Below, piece after piece: positions 58,226-64,000 of a stretch of 64,000 nucleotides of DNA. The position numbers and the translations under genes are program-made. Position 1 is the first letter of the stretch; each line of letters begins with the position of its first letter. The DNA is from Dehalococcoidia bacterium (lineage in GTDB: Bacteria; Chloroflexota; Dehalococcoidia; Plut-88900). The notes beneath the pieces are model-generated. The model searched no databases. It was given only the letters and a program-made list of their open reading frames with translations, and was not told the DNA's origin. The DNA lies in contig CBDBLV010000002.1 in assembly GCA_965207225.1 (NCBI GenBank), forward strand, positions 128,001 through 192,000, in the 5' to 3' direction.

Positions 58226-59428
58226 ATGACTTTGCCGCTGGACGGAATCAAGGTAATCGACCTTTCGCGCATGGCCCCGGGGCCCTTCTGCACCATGGTG
58301 CTGTCGGACCTGGGGGCTGACGTGCTGAAGGTTGAGGAGTTCGCGCTGAGCGGGCGTCGAGCGGCGGTAAAGGGGGCGATGGCAGGGGCGGGGTGGCTGA
58401 ACCGTTCAGAAGAAGAGAACGCCTACGACCCCATGGCCCGCGGCAAGCGGAGCATCGGCCTGAACCTGAAGAGTGAAGAGGCGCGCCAGGTGCTATACAA
58501 GCTGGTCAAGGACGCCGACGTATTTGTGGAAGAGTTCAGGCCGGGGGTGGTGAAACGGCTCGGGGTGGACTACGAGACGATAAGCGGGATAAACCCGGGC
58601 ATTGTCTATCTCTCCGTCACGGGATACGGGCAGACCGGGCCTTACAGGAGCATGGTGGGGCATGATATTAACTACACCTCGACGGCCGGGGCCCAGGGGG
58701 CGATTGGGAGCGCAAGCGGAGAACACGCCATCCCCTGGAACCTCTTGGGGGATTTTGCAGGCGGTGGCCTGACCGCAGCAGTGGCAGTTCTGGGAGCACT
58801 GGTGGAGAAGAAGACCACGGGAAGAGGCAGGTACGTGGACGTGGCCATGACGGACGGAGTCATCTACCTGATGGCAACCATGTTCGAGGACTATTTCAAG
58901 ACGGGGGATGTGCCTGTTCTCGGTCGGTCAAGGCTGGCGGGAGGAGACCCGCGGTACTCCGTATACCGCACCAAGGACGACAAGTTCATCTCCATTGCCA
59001 GTCTGGAACCCTGGTTCTACGTGGCACTGTGCCAGGCCATGGGCCTTGAGGAGATCGCCGACCACTACGAGTTCGGCATGGAAGATGGGCGCGTAAACGC
59101 CCAGCTTGCCGAAGCCTTTCTGACCCGTACCCGAGACGAATGGTTCGATGTGTTGAGCGAAGTCGACACCTGCGTGGGCCGGGTGTACGCCATTGACGAG
59201 GTTGCGGGTGACCCGCAGGTCCAGGACCGCGAGATGGTGGTAGAAATGGAACACTCTTCACTGGGAACGGTGAAGCAGGTGGGGATCCCCTTCAAGTTCG
59301 CCGGAGAGGCGATGAGGCCTCGAGGGTTTGGCCCGAGCATCGGGGAGCACACAGAAGATGTCCTGGGGTCGGTTGGCTATACGGCGGAGGATATCGACTC
59401 ATTGCGGGCGTCGGGGGCTGTGGGTTAG
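58226..59428 (+). CDS. Family III CoA-transferase / alpha-methylacyl-CoA racemase-like
   Basis: APGPFC, FRPGV, GHDINY and LLGDFAGG. Confidence 0.92.
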   Translation: MTLPLDGIKVIDLSRMAPGPFCTMVLSDLGADVLKVEEFALSGRRAAVKGAMAGAGWLNRSEEENAYDPMARGKRSIGLNLKSEEARQVLYKLVKDADVFVEEFRPGVVKRLGVDYETISGINPGIVYLSVTGYGQTGPYRSMVGHDINYTSTAGAQGAIGSASGEHAIPWNLLGDFAGGGLTAAVAVLGALVEKKTTGRGRYVDVAMTDGVIYLMATMFEDYFKTGDVPVLGRSRLAGGDPRYSVYRTKDDKFISIASLEPWFYVALCQAMGLEEIADHYEFGMEDGRVNAQLAEAFLTRTRDEWFDVLSEVDTCVGRVYAIDEVAGDPQVQDREMVVEMEHSSLGTVKQVGIPFKFAGEAMRPRGFGPSIGEHTEDVLGSVGYTAEDIDSLRASGAVG

Positions 59429-59445
59429 GGGCCGCAGCACGCGGT

Positions 59446-60876
59446 TCAGCACACGGGATTCTTTACCACCCTGTCGTCTATCTTTCGGAAGAGCAGTGTT
59501 CCGCGCTCCTTTTCTGCGGACAATTGGCCGCCCTCTACTACCACCTTTCCTCGGTGTATGGTCGTCACGGGCCAGCCGTGCACTTCCCATCCCGCCCAGA
59601 TGCTGTAGTCTGCGCCGTGCAGGTCGGAGAGTTCGAGAGACTTGTGATAGTCGGGGTCGATGATGGCGATATCTGCGTCGCTTCCTGGAGCTAAGGCGCC
59701 CTTCTTGGGGTAGAAGCCCAGAAGCCGGGCGGCATTTGCAGAAGTTATATCCACGAACCTCTCCAAGCTCATTCCTCGCTTGACCACTCCTTCGCTGTAG
59801 CCGATACCCATGCGAGCCTCGACTCCCTCTGCACCTCCAGTAGTATCCTCAATTGTCTGGCCGCGCAGCTTCTGTTCCCTCGTAGTCCACAGCTCGTCGG
59901 TGGCGAGGGTGGACAAGCGGCCGTCGAGCAAGCCTTGCCAGAGGGTTTCCTGGTCGACCTCGGTCTTGAGTGAAGGATAGGTATGGTACAGGGCGCCGTC
60001 GGGTCTTTCGTAGTCATTGTGGTTGAAGGAGGCGTAATGGTGAAGGGTCTCTCCATAAACGGGTAAGCCCTTGGCCCGTGCCTCACCTATGGCCTCGACT
60101 CCCTCCCTGGCGCTTACGTGAACAAGGTACAGGGCGCAGTCCATCCATTCCGAGAGTCGGATTACTCGTCTGAATGAAATGTCCTCTGACATGTTGTTGT
60201 GAACATGGTGCATGTACTTGCGATGCACCTGACCTAGGTGGGCCTGCTTCTTGTACATGAACATCACGATGTCCTCATCCTCGGCATGGACGAGCATCAT
60301 TCCCCCGCCCCTGGCAACATGGCTCATGATCTCGCCCAAGTGGCCGATATCGGTCATCTGACGGGGGCGGTGGGGGGTGGTGTTGGTAGTCCAGACCTTG
60401 AAGCTAGGATATCCGGCTTCGATCACCTCCCCTATCTGTTCCATTACGGAGAAGGGCAGGTCGCCCTTGGTGGAATAAAGGGAAACGTGATAGGAATAAT
60501 CGACGTAGCTATTTCCCTTGAAGATGGCCTCTTTCTTTTCAAGGGTCTCGAAGAGGTCTTCACCAGGCTCCCAGTAGGCGAAGTCGATTAGAGTGGTGGT
60601 GCCGCCGAACAGGCAGGCCCGGCTAACATCCTCGATACTGCCAGCACTGACACCTTCGTGGGCGAGGGTGGGCACGGTCCAAGAGCAGTGGGCGTGGGGC
60701 TCGACGCCGCCGGGGACTACGATCTTGCCATTGGCATCGACGATGCGTTCTGCGTCGGACGGAAGGGCGGCTGGGTCGGAAACCGAGACTATGCGGCCGT
60801 CTTTAACCGAGACATCCCAAGGGCCAACGCCCCAAGGAGTCACGACAGTGCCGCCCCGGACCACCAAGTCAAGCAT
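59446..60876 (-). CDS. Dihydropyrimidinase/hydantoinase-like amidohydrolase
   Basis: PGGVEPHAH, GGTTT, SFK, VHAED, VHVS and GSDADI. Confidence 0.88.
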   Translation of the reverse strand: MLDLVVRGGTVVTPWGVGPWDVSVKDGRIVSVSDPAALPSDAERIVDANGKIVVPGGVEPHAHCSWTVPTLAHEGVSAGSIEDVSRACLFGGTTTLIDFAYWEPGEDLFETLEKKEAIFKGNSYVDYSYHVSLYSTKGDLPFSVMEQIGEVIEAGYPSFKVWTTNTTPHRPRQMTDIGHLGEIMSHVARGGGMMLVHAEDEDIVMFMYKKQAHLGQVHRKYMHHVHNNMSEDISFRRVIRLSEWMDCALYLVHVSAREGVEAIGEARAKGLPVYGETLHHYASFNHNDYERPDGALYHTYPSLKTEVDQETLWQGLLDGRLSTLATDELWTTREQKLRGQTIEDTTGGAEGVEARMGIGYSEGVVKRGMSLERFVDITSANAARLLGFYPKKGALAPGSDADIAIIDPDYHKSLELSDLHGADYSIWAGWEVHGWPVTTIHRGKVVVEGGQLSAEKERGTLLFRKIDDRVVKNPVC

Positions 60877-60894
60877 CTTATGCCTCCTCCAACT

Positions 60895-62193
60895 CTATTT
60901 GTACAGATGGGCATGATAGTCCATGCCCACATGTCCCACATCTTCCAATCGCTTGTAGTCGGAGTCCGGCAGGCCCAGCAATTCCTTGAATACGTAGTGG
61001 TTGTGTTCTCCGAGCATTGGTGCGGGTAGCCTGATGCCGTTGGGAGTCTCTTTCAGTTTCCACATCATGCCGGTGTAGGGGTGCCTACCCGTCGAGGACT
61101 GGTCCAGCTGCTCGAAATAGCCGCGAGCTACCATCTGCGGATCATCGTAGAGCTCCCTTTGGTCATGAACTGCGCCCGCCGGAACGCCTTCGGCCTGGAG
61201 AAGATTCATAACTTCGATATGGTCTTTGTCGGCCATCCACTCTTCGAGGTGATCGACGATCACCTCCTGAAGTCGATAGCGACCCAACACCGTATCTAGC
61301 CTCGGATCTCGAGCCCATTTAGGATTGCCCATAGCCCGTTTCAGCGCCACCCATTCTTCGTCGTTGCCGACTGACAGGACGAGCCAGTTGTCCTCACCTC
61401 TACACTTGTAGCAACCCTGGGGGGCACGGGAGGGGTGGGCGTTGGTCAGAGCGGACTGGATGCGACCGTTAACCTGCCAGTCGAGAGTCGACTCGGGGAT
61501 GTAGCTGATTATCGCTTCGGTAGTTGCCACATCTACGAGTTGCCCCTGTCCGGTCCTTTTCCGATGACACAGGGCCATGAGTGCAGCGAAGGCTTCGGTT
61601 ACTCCACCAACAGCATCGCCAAAATATGACGTTCCGGCATCAGTGAGTTGACCGTCTCTGTACCCGCGTATCCACGTGTATCCAGCCGCGGACTCCATCT
61701 GCGGCCCCAATGCCCTGTACTTGGCGTAAGGGCCGGAGAGCCCATAGGCCGGTACCCGAACCATTATGATGTCAGGTCTGACCTGGCGCAGCTGCTCATA
61801 GCTGGCACCAATCTTGTCATAGGTCTGCGGGACGTTGTTTTCGATGACGACGTCCGAGATGGATGCAAGCTGTAGATGGGTGTCCATGATGTCGGGTGCA
61901 GGTATATTTGAAGTCATGCTGAGCTTATTTCGGCCATGAATCTGGAACAAAGAGCTCCTGTTCCAGTGGCGTTCGCCGGGGACATCATCGGGGTAGGAGC
62001 TGGCCCAGTCATACAATCCGCGGTTTATCGGCATTACTTGGATTGCCCGCGTGCCATACTGGAAAATGGAGATGGGTTCAACACGAATCACCTCGGCGCC
62101 CCAGTCGGCCAGAAGTTGCGTTCCAAAGGGTCCAACCCACGCCAGTGTCATATCGATGATTCGCACACCCTCCAAAGGCAATCGTGCAGACAT
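60895..62193 (-). CDS. Family III CoA-transferase
   Basis: LEGVRIIDMT, GRNKLS and YFGD. Confidence 0.92.
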   Translation of the reverse strand: MSARLPLEGVRIIDMTLAWVGPFGTQLLADWGAEVIRVEPISIFQYGTRAIQVMPINRGLYDWASSYPDDVPGERHWNRSSLFQIHGRNKLSMTSNIPAPDIMDTHLQLASISDVVIENNVPQTYDKIGASYEQLRQVRPDIIMVRVPAYGLSGPYAKYRALGPQMESAAGYTWIRGYRDGQLTDAGTSYFGDAVGGVTEAFAALMALCHRKRTGQGQLVDVATTEAIISYIPESTLDWQVNGRIQSALTNAHPSRAPQGCYKCRGEDNWLVLSVGNDEEWVALKRAMGNPKWARDPRLDTVLGRYRLQEVIVDHLEEWMADKDHIEVMNLLQAEGVPAGAVHDQRELYDDPQMVARGYFEQLDQSSTGRHPYTGMMWKLKETPNGIRLPAPMLGEHNHYVFKELLGLPDSDYKRLEDVGHVGMDYHAHLYK

Positions 62194-63428
62194 TAGACAA
62201 TGCTCTCCTGTCGCAGGATGGACAATTCCCGGCGGCTAACGCCAAGCAGGCCGCAGTAGACATGCCTATTGTGCTGGCCGAGACTCGGGGCTGGGCTCCT
62301 AATCTGCCAAGGCGTACGACGCATGATCATGTGCCGACTCGGGAATGTTTGACGACCATACCGGTGATCTTCGATGCCGGCCCATACTCCCCTGGCCCGG
62401 AACCCCGGGTCGGAGGCGACGCCTGCCGGGTTGTAGAGGGGGGCGGAAAGGGTCCTTTGGGCCTGACTTTGAGCCCATCCCTTTATCTGAGTGCGGGTCG
62501 ATATCCACTCGGCGATCAGTTCGTCCAGCTTTTGCACTACACGTGGAGTTGCAAGAGCCGTAGTGACATCTACCCCGTTCTCTTCGAAGAAATCCGGTCT
62601 CCCCAGAAGGGCCAAGAGCCTGGAGGACCCTCCAGCGTACTGCACATCCATGTACCCGTCTTTGCCCGGATACACCTGGGAGAAACCTTTGTTTTCGCCA
62701 GCGAAACGAGAATACCGCCGACCAGTGTAAACGTGGCCAAGCAGGAGAGCTGATTGCCTGTCTATCGTCCCGGCCTGAGTTTCCATTATAGATATGTCCA
62801 AGTGGTCTCCCAGGTTACCGTTACCCATCTGCCGGTATAGCGCAGTAAGAGTGGCGATGGCTGCGACTTGACCCGCGAAGTACATTCCGACTCGTCCGCC
62901 GTGCTTCAAGGGCTCCCGGTGGGAAGCACCGGTAAAGAGCATGGGTCCCCCGGTGGCATATTCCACTATTTCGGTTGCCTTACGATGCCTGTAGGGACCG
63001 GTCTGCCCGAAATTTGAAATGGAAGTTAGGATTAAAGAAGGGTTCAATTCCTTTAGTCGAGAGTAGCCCAGGCCGAATTTTGACATCACACCAGGCTGGA
63101 AGTTCTCCACTATTACATCAGCCCACATGGCCAGGGATTCAATAATTTGAACGCCTGCAGATTGCTTTAGGTCCAAAGTTATGCCGAGTTTATTTTGATT
63201 AAGGTACTGGAAGAGGGCGCTGGACTCGGGGTTGGGGAGGTCTTGATTAAATGGCCCGATTCTGCGTCCGGGATCGCCTGAGCCGGGTCTTTCGAGCTTG
63301 ATTACTTCGGCACCGTAGTCGGCGAGTAGCTTAGTGCAGAAGGGGCCGGCGACGTAGTGGGTCAGGTCCAGGACTCGGGTCCCGGCGAGGGCCTGTAGGG
63401 GAGGTCGGCAAGTCGAATCTTCCGGCAT
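62193..63428 (-). CDS. Family III CoA-transferase subunit, apparently lacking the catalytic Asp
   Basis: LADYGAEVIKLE and NQNKLGI; VGMY at the usual Asp position. Confidence 0.88.
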   Translation of the reverse strand: MPEDSTCRPPLQALAGTRVLDLTHYVAGPFCTKLLADYGAEVIKLERPGSGDPGRRIGPFNQDLPNPESSALFQYLNQNKLGITLDLKQSAGVQIIESLAMWADVIVENFQPGVMSKFGLGYSRLKELNPSLILTSISNFGQTGPYRHRKATEIVEYATGGPMLFTGASHREPLKHGGRVGMYFAGQVAAIATLTALYRQMGNGNLGDHLDISIMETQAGTIDRQSALLLGHVYTGRRYSRFAGENKGFSQVYPGKDGYMDVQYAGGSSRLLALLGRPDFFEENGVDVTTALATPRVVQKLDELIAEWISTRTQIKGWAQSQAQRTLSAPLYNPAGVASDPGFRARGVWAGIEDHRYGRQTFPSRHMIMRRTPWQIRSPAPSLGQHNRHVYCGLLGVSRRELSILRQESIV

Positions 63429-63505
63429 AATAGTTGCACTAATATAGCCGGGCGAAGGTTGGGGGGCAAGGAGTGGATGACACACCCGGTTTTGGGAGAC
63501 GAGTC

Positions 63506-64000
63506 ATGGCAGAGCCGAAATTTGGATTTCACTACAGCAGGATTGAGAACGTAATCCCGCCCGAGGAGTTCGGGCCAATGGCCGAGGAGATGGGCTTCGA
63601 CTCCGTGTGGGTGCCCGAGGCCCTGGTCAACGAGGTGCCGGCGGGAGATATCCTGATGACGATGAGTGCGCTGGTGCACAACACCAACAAGATCCGAGTC
63701 GGGGCGGGGGCGGTGCTGCTGCCACTGAGGAACCCGGTAGTGCTGGCCAAGGAGCTGGCCACGCTGGACATGTACTCGAAAGGGAGGGTGATAGTGGGGT
63801 ATGGGGTGGGGGGGCCACCGGACTCCCACCCAGACGCGTTCGAGGCGTGCGGGGTCAGCCTTCGGGAGAGGGGTGCCCGCACGGACGAGGCCCTGGAAAT
63901 CATGACCAAGTTGTGGACTGGGGAGCCGGTAGACCATGAGGGCAGGTTCCAGAGCTTCACCAAGATTCAGCTGGAGCCAAGGCCTCATCAGCGACCTCAT
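63506..64000 (+). CDS. LLM-class flavin-dependent oxidoreductase (3' end beyond the window)
   Basis: Read by hand, absent from the ORF track: AEEMGFDSVWVPE, LRNPVVLAKELATLD.YSKGRVIVGYGVG. Confidence 0.9.
   Translation, partial: MAEPKFGFHYSRIENVIPPEEFGPMAEEMGFDSVWVPEALVNEVPAGDILMTMSALVHNTNKIRVGAGAVLLPLRNPVVLAKELATLDMYSKGRVIVGYGVGGPPDSHPDAFEACGVSLRERGARTDEALEIMTKLWTGEPVDHEGRFQSFTKIQLEPRPHQRPH

Overview
GC-rich window most consistent with a Chloroflexota/Dehalococcoidia (SAR202-like) genome; this is inferred from gene content (many CaiB/BaiF CoA-transferases, an LLM monooxygenase, Pro/Thr-linker lipoproteins). Positions 1-42342 are the right-hand part of a tandem array of serine-recombinase genomic islands. 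Island A (starts left of the window, ends at about 24072) has a 5'-truncated recombinase and carries IS630 and IS1182 elements, HTH regulators, a NotI-like nuclease plus Dam-type methylase, the Hen1-Pnkp RNA repair pair, lipoproteins and a multiheme cytochrome cluster. Island B (about 24073-42342, 18.3 kb) has an intact recombinase and dense defence cargo: small protein + N6-MTase + PIN, a fused RM gene split by an antisense group II intron, Shedu, a UDG-like protein, DUF6946, a HigBA-type TA pair and HEPN. The att sites lie inside the 3' ends of the recombinase genes, so recombination rewrites the recombinase C-terminus. Positions 42343-64000 are core chromosome: sthA, MATE transporter, thrS, a REP-rich spacer, tRNA-Pro(GGG), rsmI, six CoA-transferases, a dihydropyrimidinase-like enzyme and a partial LLM oxidoreductase. 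All family assignments come from motif recognition by eye, with no database searches.
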